Assembly (NCBI RefSeq): GCF_022045235.1
Contig: NW_027266297.1
Span: 66,588,001 to 66,652,000 of the forward strand
Direction: 5' to 3'
Origin: Haliotis cracherodii
Lineage: Eukaryota
Length of the DNA: 64,000 nucleotides
The notes under the pieces: model-generated
What the model saw: the letters and a program-made list of their open reading frames with translations, nothing else
Told to the model about the DNA's origin: nothing
Database searches by the model: none
Translations under genes and position numbers: made by a program
Shown: positions 38,301 through 49,605 of the stretch, in pieces
How the letters are laid out: each line of letters begins with the position of its first letter
How positions within the stretch are numbered: the stretch's first letter is position 1

Positions 38301-41300
38301 GAGCTTCCTGTTATTCCTATTGTGTTCTGTCAGGGTACTTGTATTGTTGTATATCTTGGGTTGATTGAACATATTGTGTCTTGTCAGACGTGTAAACAAA
38401 GGTTTAGTGTGTCAGTCTCAAAACATTAAGCACCGTGAAGATTCGGGTAGAATAGGTCTTCAGTAACCCATGCTTGCCCTAAAAGGCAACTATGCTTGTC
38501 GTAAGAAGCGACTAACAGGATCGGGTGGTCAGGCTCTCTGACTTGGTTGATGCATGTCATCGGATCCCAATTGCGTGGATCGATGCTCATGATGTCAATC
38601 ACTGGATTGTCTGGTACAGACTCGATTACTTACAGATCGCCGTTATATAGCTTGAATATTGCTGAGTGCGGCGTTAAACAACGAACAAAGAAACAAAATA
38701 AAATATGTCCGAGTTTCATCACAAGCTCAGTATAATTTATCAGTTATGAGTCAACTACGAAAGAAATGTTTGTGCCGAGACGTTAAAACCTCCCGCACTG
38801 TGATGCAAAACGAATGTATGTCTTAAACATTATTGTACTTATAATCAACGGAATTATATACACAGCAGACGTAATTCTATATGTGAACTTGGTTGATGCA
38901 TGTCATCGTATCACAATTCCGTGGATCGATGCTCATGATGTCAATCAGTGGATTGTCTGGTCCAGACTCGATTATTTACAGACCGTTGTCATATCACTTG
39001 AATATTGATGATTGCGGCGTTAAACAACAAACAAACAAACATTAAGTTCATGTCAGTTTGTTTGAGGACGAAAAACAGGTTTATGAAGACCTCGTTGTGG
39101 AATGCACCCACATACAACAGTGAGTGAGTGAGTGAGTTTAATTTTAAGTCACATCATAGAATAGTACAACGTAACGGAATTAATATAGTCTTAAGTATTG
39201 TCATCTTTAAAGGGAACTATAATCCGGTATGTACACAAACACTTTATATCTCGTTTCTATGGATACCTATACCAACAGTTCAATAAAAATAACCAAGGGT
39301 GTTTGTGCACGCTACGCTATTGCATTTCTGGATGTTAGATATTGGCTTCGACTGACATGGTTGCAAACGCATCTGAACCAATATACTGGCCCTATAGAAA
39401 TAAATATCAACAGAGAAAATATAAGAACGATGGAACCCCCTGATAGTTGTGTCGGACCTGTAAGAATGACAGAAGACTTTCAACTTATTCTTATTCTTGG
39501 TGTTTATATATAAATGTGTCTTTCTTGCATACAAATTATACTTACATACGACGTCGTCTGAGATCCACATATAACTTCCTTGGATATCCAACACCCAACA
39601 AGGCATTCACTATACATTGTTTTCGTCCAATGTGTTGAGTAGGATGAAAGCTCATTGAAGATGTTCTGCATCATGGACCTAAATATGTTGTTGTTTGGGC
39701 CTGTGTCTGCACATAAAGATTAACAAGTAACAGAATCGTTATGACTTGCTTGACAACGGTATAAGGATCTATACCGAAACGTCGCCTTTTTACAGTATTA
39801 AAGAAGTTGTTATCCATAAAATTGTGTCTATCTTGACTTGTTTGATAGGCATTACTTAGAAGTTGGCGATTGACAAGATAGACACAATTTTATGGATAAC
39901 AACTTCTTTAATACTGTAAAAAGCGACGTTTCGGTATAGATCCTTATACCGTTGTCAAGCGCTTGACAACGGTATAAGGATCAAGCGCTTGACAACGGTA
40001 TAAGGATCTATACCGAAACGTCGCTTTTTACAGTATTAGAGAAGTTGTTATCCATAAAATTGTGTCTATTTTGAGAATCGTTATGGTCCTGTGACCTGTG
40101 TCCACTAAAATGGGTTGAGGACCCCGATTTCGATGTAATTTTCGAAAATGAGCTCCATTTCCCAACTCTTTTTTTGCTCAGTTTATGATAACAAAGACAG
40201 CGTTCAACAAACATGGCGACGGTTAACCCTTTTTGCTTCGACACAATAATGGGAGACTGGTACGAGTATATTCATTTTAAAACAGTGCCTTTCAACTGTG
40301 ACCATCGCATTCCGCGTGAATTGAGTGTAATCGTTTTGTTTCCTAAACATACGTAAATACGATAAACTTTCACATGAGCCGGGTTCAAAAGAGAAACTCC
40401 AGAATAGACACTTGGGTAATGAATTGCTTGTTCTTCCACTGAAAAAAAACATCATTCGTGTGTTGTTGTTTGCAGTTTATCGCCTTCGCCATCATCATCT
40501 TGTTGATAGAGATCGGCGGTGCTGTGACGGCTTACATGATGCAGGGTGAGGTAAGTTTCTCAACATCTACATGATGCTGTCAGGATAGCACCGTGGAATA
40601 TGCGGTCGCTTTGCACAGGGAAGAGTTCAGTTCCTCTCGGGTACTGCTGCGTGTAGACTAGCATCTAGTCTCTGAAATGAACATATCGTACAGAAAAAAC
40701 AGTTGTTCAGTTATCTTAATAAAAATATAATAAAAAGGGAGCCCAGTGATTCTCTTCATTTTCAGAAGATACTGATACAGCAGTAATCTAGACTTGCCAA
40801 ACATTATAGACTTGCATGGGCTGTATTTGATATATATTTGTATCAGGGTCTGTAAGACATACTATGCTGCATGTATCCCTACACACCCCTCTCTCGCGTC
40901 CTTGTGTGTGCCTCATCATCCTTCCCGGGATACATGTCAATCTTCTCAATAGTTTAAAAAAGCGGGCGTGTTCTTCTTAGCGCTTTGTCGCCCTTTACCA
41001 TCGGTAACACCCGGACTGCTTTATAATGAAGTCCAACCAGAAACGTGTATCTTTAAACATGGGAGGCAACATGCTATAGCGTCGCCGAGAAATATACACA
41101 GCAATTGGTGGTAAAGGGTCAAGTGAGTGAGTTAGGGTTAACGCCGCTTTTAACAGTATTTTAGTTATATTACGGCGTGTCAGTTTAATGTGGGAGGAAA
41201 ACCCGTGATGTTGTCCACTTTGGTGAAACCCATTAGCATGGGTATGGTGCTGACAAACCTAGAAACATACTCGGGGCGAACCGGGATTCGAGTTTCTGGC

Positions 41301-44300
41301 AAGGGACGTAACTCCACAATGCGAATTGCCGCGCCTTGGGCGACTGGGCAAGGGTGTCCCCTTTAAGGGTCCAACGTTATCATGATTATCAAAACTGTGC
41401 CAATATTGCTGTAACGTTTTTAATATCCCTTTTTTATAAACCTGAGAAATAAAAGTTGCAAGAATGCACAGTTGTATACCGTAATTGTACATCGCGGATG
41501 AATGTTCTAATATTGATTATTCATTATTGTTCAACATTTCAGTTACAAGTGTATCGGGATTCCGGATGGACTGACTTCAACACAGATACCAAGAACTTCC
41601 TGCAGACGGAGGTAGACCCGCCTTTGAACTACACTGGTGTTGCAATATCTGTCTTTTCTTGTCAAATAACATGCTTATGTCTTTGAGTGACCTACGAAGT
41701 TAATATGTTTATTTGTAGCGCAACACGAGTGAAAATGTCAACTGTGCAGGTCACGAGATATTTTTGGTGTTATTTTGCTGTTTAGAGCCGCACTCAGCAA
41801 ATTGACGGCGGCATGTAAATAATCGAGGCTTAACCAAACAATCCAGTGATTGATATCATGAGCAGATATCCACGCCGTCAGGGTATGATGACACACCGAG
41901 TCAGACCACCAGATCCATTAATTAAGTCGCCTCTTACGACCAGCATAGGTCTTTGGAGGTCATTCTGACTCGGACTCTCCGAGATGAGATTAACATGATA
42001 TTTGACAAAACGACATTTGTCCTATTTATATTGCTATTTGAAAACAATAGTGTCATTGCGGTAAACAGGAAGTACTGACACCTGCATTAAGTGTTCTCTC
42101 ACTCGAGTGATATATCGATGGGTTAGTTGGAGATATAGCATTTCAATGCTAAATATATAATATAACGTTGAATACTATATTCATATACAACATTAAATGA
42201 TGATATTGACGACGATGCAACAAAAATAATTATTTATTGATGAATATGAAAAAACAATGATGTTTGAGTCAAATTGCCTTACATAGCAGCTGTATGTGGC
42301 GTTGTGTGTGTTCCAGTTGAAGTGCTGCGGGTTCAACAGCGCCTCGGAGTACGGCTCCACCGTGGCCGACTACCCCGACAGCTGCTTCTCAGACCCGTCA
42401 TCCAAAACTGTGGCCAATCAACACAATGTAGGTCTGGGTTGTTTTTTCAAAGGCCTTTTTTGTTTCAGGCTTTAGTTGTCATCGATTATTATTTCATTCT
42501 ATTAATAAATAGAATTTTTTTTAATTTTTGAAATTAAAATTAAACGAAACAAGGATGTTGGTACATTTATATCCGTAGGGAAAGTATCCGATTCTTGAGC
42601 CAGCGAACTTGTATTGGGATAACCTTGAGGCAAAGGATGAGGGGATGTAGCTTCATCTGCAACATGCTTGCTGATGCACATGTACGTGCCCCCACCCCAC
42701 CCCCGGTACCTGTAAATATTAAACGTCAATGCATGAGAATAACCAGTCTTGATTATACGCAGAAACAGAATCCATATGACGTAAAGGGCAAACACAGTGA
42801 ATTGAACCACACACCCTCTCCTGTTAAAGCATCGTGGATGGTTACGTTGTTGCAATGTGTTGTTTCTCCAATTAATATCTCATTAAGCTGTTGGCTTTCT
42901 GCTCCAGGCTGTATGTTGGACTAAGATCAACGAATGGCTGGACAGCAACATGGCGATATGGGCGGGCACACTAGGGGGCGTGGCGCTTGTCCAGGTATGT
43001 ACGATGGTAGCTGATAGATGATGGCCATGTTTGGCTCCGAGCTTCCTGTTGCAGGATCCTCGACAATGTGCGATGATATATGTGGAACAGTACATTGATG
43101 AGATTTCTGTGAACTAAAGTATCAACTTGTTAGACGTCTTTATGGTACACTTCAAAAGACGCATGGAGTTAAAATAACTGCCGAGGAGACTTGTAGGAAA
43201 TAATGTCATTAAATTGATAGGTTTCAATTATTATTATGTTATTATTTGTCGGACACTCTCAACACAATAAATTGTACACAATGCATACATATATCGCGAT
43301 GATTAATTAAGGAAGAATGTGTGCTAATACTTTTAAGTGAAAATATGAGTTACTGTAATTACAAGAAATGCAAAAAATGCGATAAACATCATCATTTAGC
43401 TTTGATCTGTCGACCCGTCCAATATTTTCCACCTCTGTGTCGACACTCCAACATGTTCCACCTCTGTGTCGACACTCCAACATGTTCCACCTCTGTGTCG
43501 ACACTCCAACCTTTTCCACCTCTGTGTCGACACTCCAACATTTTCCACCTCTGTGTCGACGCTCCAACATTTTCCACCTCTGTGTCACACCGCGGTGAAA
43601 ATACTTTTCTGTATTTCCATTTTAGTTTTTGACATTTTCGCTGTTGTTTTTGACATTTTCGTTTTTGTTTTTGACATTTTCATTTTAGTGTTTGACCTTT
43701 TCGTTTTTGTTTTGGACATTTTCATTTTAGTGTTTGACATTTTCGTTTTACATTTCAGAGACTCAATAGCTACTTGAAAGTTCATTTTCAATGTTTTCGG
43801 TTGTTGTTATACATGATTTATCACATATTTGTATGACAAATTGTGTTAATTTGCAAAAGGTTACGATAAAAGTAAGTGAAACATCAAACTATTGAAAAAC
43901 AGACTCCATGTCCCTTATGGGCCACCCAAGTCCAACACTTTCCATCTCTGTGTCGACTGTCCAATACTTTCCACCTCTGTGTCGACTGTCCAACACTTTC
44001 CATCTCTGTGTCGACTGTCCAACACTTTCCATCTCTGTGTCGACTGTCCAATACTTTCCACCTCTGTGTCAACTGTCCAACACTTTCCATCTCTGTGTCG
44101 ACTGTCCAACACTTTCCACCTCTGTGTCGACTGTCCATTACTTTCCACCTCTGTGTCAATTGTCCAACACTTTCCATCTCTGTGTCGACTGTCCAACACT
44201 TTCCACCTCTGTGTCGACTGTCCAACATTTTCCGCCTGTGTCGACTGTCCAACATTTTCCACCTCTGTGTCGCCTGTCCAACACTTTCCACCCCTGTGTC

Positions 44301-44661
44301 GACTGTCCAACACTTTCCACCCCTGTGTCGACTGTCCAACATTTTCCACCTCTGTGTCGCCTGTCCAACACTTTCCACCCCTGTGTCGACTGTCCAACAC
44401 TTTCCACCTCTGTGTCGACTGTCCAACATAATCCACCCCTGTGTTGACTTTCCAACATTATCCACCCTTCTGTCACCTGTCCAACATTTTCTTCCCATGT
44501 GTTCCATCCAGATCGTGAGCCTCATCCTCGCTATAGTGATGCTGTCCAAGGTGAAGAAATCCCGCAAGGTGTCGTCCACATCCTCCAATGGCCAGGCATG
44601 GGATGCTCGTCACGTCGGGGGACGACATGCCGGACGCAGGGATGGTGGTCGGCAGTATTAG
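23295..44661 (+). CDS. Tetraspanin gene 1, complete spliced CDS of 9 exons, 245 aa: join(23295-23351,36490-36576,37521-37569,38205-38257,40476-40550,41543-41611,42317-42427,42908-42994,44512-44661)
   Basis: Hand-assembled exons with GT-AG introns and compatible phases give MAASGCVRPCFIVFNLLFW/LMGLFLVGFMAWTMATNPALITGFISGSR/YFTYSILGAGVLIVLAG/LFGCIGGLKEGTCLLKT/FIAFAIIILLIEIGGAVTAYMMQGE/LQVYRDSGWTDFNTDTKNFLQTE/LKCCGFNSASEYGSTVADYPDSCFSDPSSKTVANQHN/AVCWTKINEWLDSNMAIWAGTLGGVALVQ/IVSLILAIVMLSKVKKSRK...GRQY*. Tetraspanin hallmarks: FN..FW in TM1, GCIG..KE..CLL, polar E in TM3 and Q in TM4, CCG, PDSC and a final Cys in EC2. Intron 1 contains an N gap. Confidence 0.93.
24235..24410. mobile_element. Tc1/mariner-superfamily (pogo/Tigger-type) MITE
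   Basis: TIR CAGTAAA(C/G)TA(C/T)GGTTATAACGAAC, TA TSD, copies at 36230 and 47020. Confidence 0.88.
24437..24569. other. Assembly gap within tetraspanin 1 intron 1
   Basis: Run of N. Confidence 1.
25533..25648 (+). mobile_element. SINE family A, 5' truncated
   Basis: B box and tail match. Confidence 0.8.
26999..27278 (-). mobile_element. SINE family B, full length
   Basis: 13-bp TSD TAAATTATATCTA, A/B boxes, (ACTC)n tail. Confidence 0.93.
27340..27895 (-). mobile_element. Degenerate non-LTR retrotransposon ORF2 C-terminus
   Basis: ICKECDLHLVEDDYHVFFVC zinc-knuckle-like motif and VNWASYVRQMLFDSGFAYVW segment typical of the ends of invertebrate LINE ORF2. Confidence 0.65.
29268..29418 (+). 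mobile_element. SINE family A copy
   Basis: Family match. Confidence 0.85.
29510..30519 (+). mobile_element. Tc1 (DD34E) transposon, internally deleted and frameshifted
   Basis: FQQDNAPPHTA...LPWPSRSPVLNLIEHLWDEL with 34 residues between D and E; N-terminal MPTLSAA...ESQSSVARHF; degenerate CACTC...GAGTG termini. Confidence 0.9.
31078..33081. repeat. 47-bp minisatellite, about 42 units (intron 1)
   Basis: Unit CTGGTTTATAGTTAACAACATGATCTATACTGACAATGTAGGAGACC. Confidence 0.96.
33480..34285. repeat. 25-bp minisatellite (intron 1)
   Basis: Unit ACATATCAACGTTACAAACACGTGT with degenerate edges. Confidence 0.92.
36230..36399. mobile_element. pogo/Tigger-type MITE, opposite orientation to the 24235 copy
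   Basis: Same TIR and TA TSD. Confidence 0.9.
36490..36576 (+). CDS. Tetraspanin 1 exon 2 (end of TM1, EC1)
   Basis: TTTTGCAG acceptor, GTGAGT donor, 29 codons LMGLFLVGFMAW... Confidence 0.9.
36916..37176 (+). mobile_element. Short retroposon family C, full length
   Basis: GACCCGTGAAGATCC head to (AAAC)n tail. Confidence 0.9.
37367..37500 (+). mobile_element. SINE family A, ending about 20 nt upstream of the exon 3 acceptor
   Basis: Family match. Confidence 0.8.
37521..37569 (+). CDS. Tetraspanin 1 exon 3 (TM2 start)
   Basis: TTTCTTTCAG acceptor, GTAAGG donor, phase 1, YFTYSILGAGVLIVLA. Confidence 0.9.
37615..37894 (+). mobile_element. SINE family B, full length
   Basis: 12-bp TSD TCACACATTACA. 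Confidence 0.93.
38205..38257 (+). CDS. Tetraspanin 1 exon 4 (GLFGCIGGLKEGTCLLKT)
   Basis: TTTGCAG acceptor, GTATGT donor, canonical GCxG..KE..CLL motif. Confidence 0.93.
38432..38695 (+). mobile_element. Short retroposon family C (further 3' partial copy at 38885-39040)
   Basis: Family match. Confidence 0.88.
39744..40073. mobile_element. Penelope-like non-autonomous insertion made of inverted hammerhead-like repeats
   Basis: 12-bp TSD AGAATCGTTATG; three full copies (+,-,+) and one partial copy of TTGACAA-C-GGTATA-aggatc-TATACC-GAAACGTC. Confidence 0.75.
40476..40550 (+). CDS. Tetraspanin 1 exon 5 (TM3)
   Basis: TTTGCAG acceptor, GTAAGT donor, FIAFAIIILLIEIGGAVTAY. Confidence 0.93.
41122..41360 (-). 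mobile_element. SINE family B, degenerate
   Basis: Family match with deletions. Confidence 0.75.
41543..41611 (+). CDS. Tetraspanin 1 exon 6 (EC2 start)
   Basis: TTTCAG acceptor, GTAGAC donor, ends in LQTE just before CCG. Confidence 0.88.
41765..41983 (-). mobile_element. Divergent family C copy
   Basis: Retains GTCGTAAGAGGCGAC and the tail; head is diverged. Confidence 0.75.
42317..42427 (+). CDS. Tetraspanin 1 exon 7 (CCG and PDSC)
   Basis: TTCCAG acceptor, GTAGGT donor, LKCCGFNS...YPDSCF. Confidence 0.93.
42908..42994 (+). CDS. Tetraspanin 1 exon 8 (last EC2 Cys, TM4 start)
   Basis: CTCCAG acceptor, GTATGT donor, AVCWTKINEWL...GVALVQ. Confidence 0.92.
43408..44500. repeat. 29-bp minisatellite in two blocks (43408-43588 and 43931-44500) separated by an insert containing a 21-bp repeat (43615-43755)
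   Basis: Unit GTCGACTGTCCAACACTTTCCACCTCTGT; insert unit TTTTGACATTTTCGTTTTTGT. Confidence 0.93.
44512..44661 (+). CDS. Tetraspanin 1 exon 9 (end of TM4, basic cytoplasmic tail, stop)
   Basis: CCATCCAG acceptor, IVSLILAIVMLSKVKKSRK...QY TAG. Confidence 0.88.
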   Translation: MVSLILAIVMLSKVKKSRKVSSTSSNGQAWDARHVGGRHAGRRDGGRQY

Positions 44662-46530
44662 GCTGCATGTGTCCTACAGGGGAACAAAACAGTTGTCTTT
44701 ATGTTAAAGTTACCTCGGGCGAAATTAGGGTGGGCGTAAAGGTCAAATATTTTGGATAGTTGCATCACTGGGGTCTATTTCAGGAACCATAAGGGGCGAG
44801 GAAGTGGGTGGGGGGTTGGGTGGGGTGGGTTGGGGGGTGGGGGGAGACAGACACAGAGTTGACGCATACTACCGGTTGTGCCTGAAACAATGGCTGGCCG
44901 TTTTGTTGTAAATTCGGTGAGCAACTATTATATTGTGTGATTTAGATGTACTCAGTCCATTTATTGACTTTGTTATTGTATATGATCTTAGTTTATACTG
45001 TCGCTGTGTTTTTTATTGGAATTTTTTTTATTGTGTTATATTTTCAACAGAAGATTTTTATTATTGTGCCAAAGTTTTCCGTCTATCTGGTGACTATTTA
45101 CATCTGTAATTGCAAAATCTCTACATATTTGACGATATTGTATTAAGGCACAGAAGAACATTCAGACTGATGAAAGCTATTTTCATTACAGTGTATTATC
45201 TGTCATCTCCTATTAAAGACGTACTTTTGCCAAATTTCTATAACGATATATCCGTCCATTTGTGTACATATTTTCGATACCTATATATTTCTGTATTTTA
45301 TCGGTTTGTCTATATTTTGGAGAAATGTAGACTGTTCAGTAAATGTCTTGATGTTCGGTTATGTCAGGGCATGGGTGGGGTGGGCGTGGCCTAATCAGCT
45401 CCTACCTATATCTGCACCGAGTCACACACACTATGAATGAGCTAGCTCACTGGTATAAGAATTTACTCAACAAGCTAAAGAATTTGGTTCGATCAAAACA
45501 TCCTAGCTATAATCTTACCCTTCATAGTTTTCGTATTTGCATTCACAGAAAAAGTACTTAGACAAATGACAAAGAACAATATATAGTCCACCTTTCTTTT
45601 TGAACAAATTTGTATTTTTCTCTGTGAGGAATCCGACTAAGATCAATGTCTTTACATGAAAAGAAGACAATCAAAAATATTAGTGATAATAAACATGAAT
45701 AACATATATGTGTATGTTGTTCTGAAATGGTTAACTGGCTTCACAAATGTATTGTTCTCTGGTTTTGAATATGTCATTATATATTATTCATTGCCGACAT
45801 AAATAGGCAAGAGAAATACTGTTTGACACCCGCAGAGACCATATACCGTACGGGCTTCTGACGCAAGTGACAGCAGAACCAGTTAGTACGCCAAGGTTAT
45901 CTCCCTTGCCTTGGTGGTCGTTGCCTGGGATGTTGTTACCTCCCTTGCCCTGACGGGTGTTGAATGTGATGTTGTTATTTCGTACTAGGGCTGGGACGGG
46001 TAACTCGGGTAGTCGGGTCGGGTGGGTACTGAGTAGGACCCGGGTACCCACAGGACTACTCGGACCCGTGACCCTGACTTTATAGGTATGAATAAAGATA
46101 AAACTTCAGTCAACTTCAGTTTATGCATGACATGTATCTAAATAAACGTCCAGGGTTACGGTCAAACTATTCCCAGTCGGACATTTGGACCTATCTCTTG
46201 AGACCTACAGTGGGTACACGGGTAGGGTCGGGTAATAGAGGGGTGGGTACCCGGGTAGTATATTTGGTCTCGTCCCAGCCCTTTTTCGTGATCTTGTTAT
46301 ACTCAGACGGTGGTTTGAGCTGGCGATACAATCATTCATGTTTGTGATAATGTAGTAAAACTTATCTATTTTTGTCTTTTTATTAGATGTTGTTTGTTTG
46401 TCGCAGATTGTCAATCGCCACAATAAATGTAATTCCATGTGTATGTGAACTGATTTTGAAAATGTCCACGATGAGAAATATCAACAACTCTTCCACAACT
46501 TAAATGGTTTGAATAAATTATTTTGTCACT
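44662..46530 (+). other. Probable 3' UTR of tetraspanin 1 with candidate polyA signals (AATAAA near 45688, 46422, 46512)
   Basis: U-rich sequence after the stop; AATAAA hexamers followed by GU/U-rich tracts. The true end is not determinable. Confidence 0.45.
45986..46283. mobile_element. hAT-like MITE
   Basis: TIR AGGGCTGGGACG/CGTCCCAGCCCT, degenerate 8-bp TSD TTTCGT(AC/GA). Confidence 0.78.
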
Positions 46531-46589
46531 GAATGTGTGCTGAAGTTTGTTTTTATTGCTTGTTCATAACATAATATTCGTAATGCCTT

Positions 46590-46838
46590 ACCAGTCTTCT
46601 GAGGCGACGCACTTTACTGCTGCACAGTTGCGTCCCTTTGACGCGCCGGAAAGCTAAGATTGTGGGTTCGAATCCCTGTTTGTCCCATTTATGTTTCTAT
46701 GTTTGTCAACACAATACCCGTGCTCGTGGCAAATGTCTGAGACCTGCATCACTTCGGGCTTTCATTAAGCTGACACGCGTGATATAACTGAAATACTGTT
46801 AAACGTGGCGTTAAACCGAACTCACTCACAGACTCACT
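46590..46838 (+). mobile_element. SINE family B, degenerate
   Basis: Family match. Confidence 0.78.
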
Positions 46839-47019
46839 TACTCCAGATGTAAAACTATATTACCTCGAGGTTTCTGGACTGGACATTGTCCGAACCGTTA
46901 ACCTTGACCAATACACAGCGACCTTACTGTACTACTTCTGACCACCCATACAATCTCAGACGAAATGATGAAGAAGCGACTTGACACAAATACCGTTCAC
47001 TAAAACATCAAATTAAATA

Positions 47020-47194
47020 CAGTAAACTACGGTTGTAACGAACTCAAAGGAACTACTAATTTTAGTTCGTTATAACCGTAGTTCGTTATAAGTACATATA
47101 CAGCATGACTACAGCAAATAGTCGGAACCAAAAAGTAAGTTCGTTATATCCGCCAGTTCGTTATAAGCGTGTTCGTTATAACCGTAGTTTACTG
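47020..47194. mobile_element. pogo/Tigger-type MITE
   Basis: TIR and TA TSD as at 24235. Confidence 0.9.
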
Positions 47195-47233
47195 TAACTG
47201 ATGGACAGTTCGGTGGACGTGTGAGTACACGGA

Positions 47234-47399
47234 TGAGTGAGTGAGTTTGGCTTTACTATGCTTTTAGCAATATTCCAGCAAAAATCACGACGGGGGACAC
47301 CAGAAATGGACTTGAAACATTGTACCCATGTGGGGAATCAAACCCGGGCCTTCGGCGTGACGATCGAACGCTTTAACCACTTGGCTACACCATTGCCCC
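47234..47399 (-). mobile_element. SINE family A
   Basis: Family match. Confidence 0.85.
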
Positions 47400-47776
47400 A
47401 CATGGACGAAGGAACAGGTGATATAACTAACGTTAGAAGCCGATCCTCGTGACTCACATGTAGAACATAGAGCCCTTATAAGGATTGATGTTTGAAAGGT
47501 CATTTACAAAATGCATAATTAAACAGTAGAGTAAATATACATAAATACATAGCTTCTGTGATATATTTAGCTATTTTTGTCATAAGTGGGCTTGTTAGTA
47601 AATTACGCTAGGCGCATATGTTGTTTTTTTCTTTTGATATTTATAGAAAAACTGATGTAATATGAGGTTTCTAAAGTATGAAAGACTTGGGCATTCGAGC
47701 AGAAAGTGATACTCGTTGCCCACAGCTAAATTACATGATGTTGACATTTTTGTGCATGGCTGTCTATAATTAGTTA

Positions 47777-47915
47777 AAGATCCGGGGAAGAACAGGTCTT
47801 CAGCAAACCATACCCGTCGTCAGAGGCGACGAACGGGATCGAGTGGTCAGGCTCGCTGACTTGGTTGATGCATGTCATCGTATCCCAATCGCGTGGGTCG
47901 ATGCTCATGATGTCA
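47777..47915 (+). mobile_element. Family C copy, 3' truncated
   Basis: Family match. Confidence 0.8.
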
Positions 47916-48050
47916 GTTTCTCAGTTTATAGTATTGACCTACTGACCTTTTGAAATATTTTCAACTGGTCAATAAGGACACGTGTGCCAGATTATGTAAA
48001 CCAACATTGGTCATGGACGCTCTGTTACCCCTGAAATCTATATTACTGAG

Positions 48051-48306
48051 TGAGTGAGTTGGGTTTAACGCCACTTTTAACAGTATTCCAGTTATATCAC
48101 GGCGTGTCAGCTTAATGTGGGAGGAAAGCCCGAAGTGATGCAGGTCTCAGACGTTTACCACTTCGGTGAAACCCACGAGCCCGGGTATGGTACATAATTT
48201 GGGCGAACCGGGATTCGAACCCACAATCAGGTTTCTGGCGTGCCCAAGGGACGCAACTCTGCACAGCGAATCGCGGCGCCTTAGACGACTTGGCCACCCG
48301 TGACCC
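48051..48306 (-). mobile_element. SINE family B
   Basis: TSD CTATATTACTGAG. Confidence 0.9.
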
Positions 48307-48857
48307 CTATATTACTGAGGGTACGGTTGACATGATTAACGGTGACATGGAGTCAGTATCTACTGTACGCAAATATACATTACCGGCTTCTGCTGAGAGC
48401 CACAAAATATACCATTAATTGCATATAGGAATAACATAGACATACGCACCTGGCATCATCCCCGGTCAGACTGAGGTACAGCCTTCACTAAAACATGTAT
48501 GCCTTCCAAACATGCACAAATGGGCTTCACACATTGTACCCATGTCGGGAATCGAACCCGGATCTTCGGCGTGACGAGCAAACGCTTTAACCACTTGGCT
48601 CCCCGATCGCCCGCATATATATCTGTAAGCACAGCTGTTGTGATATTGAGGATATATTGTAAACTGTACTTAGTTTATGGTCATTCCAAAATGTTAGAAT
48701 GAATTGATCACTAGGAAGTTCAAGAAATCTTCAATTAAGTTAAAAGGATAAATTAGTTTGGATATCAATGCAATTGACATTTCATTATGTAGGAATTGTT
48801 GGGATAAATGCAAATGTAACGTTCTAAGTTTTGTGTCTGTGTGAACGCGCGCGTGCA

Positions 48858-48889
<32 letters not shown>

Positions 48890-48941
48890 TGTGTGTGTGT
48901 GTTGGGGTGTGTGTGTGTGTGGGGGGGAATAAATGCTGCAT

Positions 48942-49082
48942 NNNNNNNNNNNNNNNNNNNNNNNNNNNNNNNNNNNNNNNNNNNNNNNNNNNNNNNNNNN
49001 NNNNNNNNNNNNNNNNNNNNNNNNNNNNNNNNNNNNNNNNNNNNNNNNNNNNNNNNNNNNNNNNNNNNNNNNNNNNNNNNNN
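48942..49082. other. Assembly gap, preceded by a (GCGT)n(GT)n microsatellite at about 48855-48920
   Basis: Run of N. Confidence 1.
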
Positions 49083-49182
49083 ACTGAAAACATGAGCTTG
49101 ACGTTTGAGTTTTCTTGATGGAAACCTTTATAAAGCAGACCCTATCCCAAAGAAGATATTACCACATTTAATGAATAACAAT

Positions 49183-49605
49183 GTTCGAATCTCGGACGGG
49201 ACTCATCCCCCCAAAGTACGAGTATCAGTACTTTACTAAGAAAGTCTTATCCCCAATATAACATTTGTTCCATTTGACCACTTTCTAAATGACATTGTGA
49301 ATTCATATCTTCCGGCCACGTGAGCCGTGTTAATTTACACTTGTCAGAGGGGTACACAAAGTACGTGATCTAGACTACCAGTTGTTGGACTTTCATTTTT
49401 GTGGAAGCCCCGGTGCTGAGTGGGTTAGCTCGCTGACTTTGTGTGCTGATGATTAGGTTTCTCACTCTGGCAGTGTGGGTTCGAATCCCGGACGGGACTC
49501 AACCCAAAAAAGTACGAGAATCTGTACTTTACTAAGAACGTGTTATCCCAAATATAACATTTGTTACATTTGACCACTTTCTAAATGGCAGTGTGAATTC
49601 AATGA
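49183..49605 (+). mobile_element. Fourth tRNA-related repeat (family D), partial copy 49183-49287 plus fuller copy 49407-49605
   Basis: B box GGTTCGAATCCC followed by about 120 bp duplicated in both copies. Confidence 0.6.

Noticed and set aside
43876-44661. 261-aa ORF as a single-exon gene
   Set aside because: Only the last 49 codons are real (tetraspanin exon 9); the rest is intronic minisatellite
44805-44845. G-rich tracts as functional G-quadruplexes (also 22070-22130 and C-rich 35105-35162)
   Set aside because: Low-complexity runs are common in such genomes and nothing in the sequence supports function
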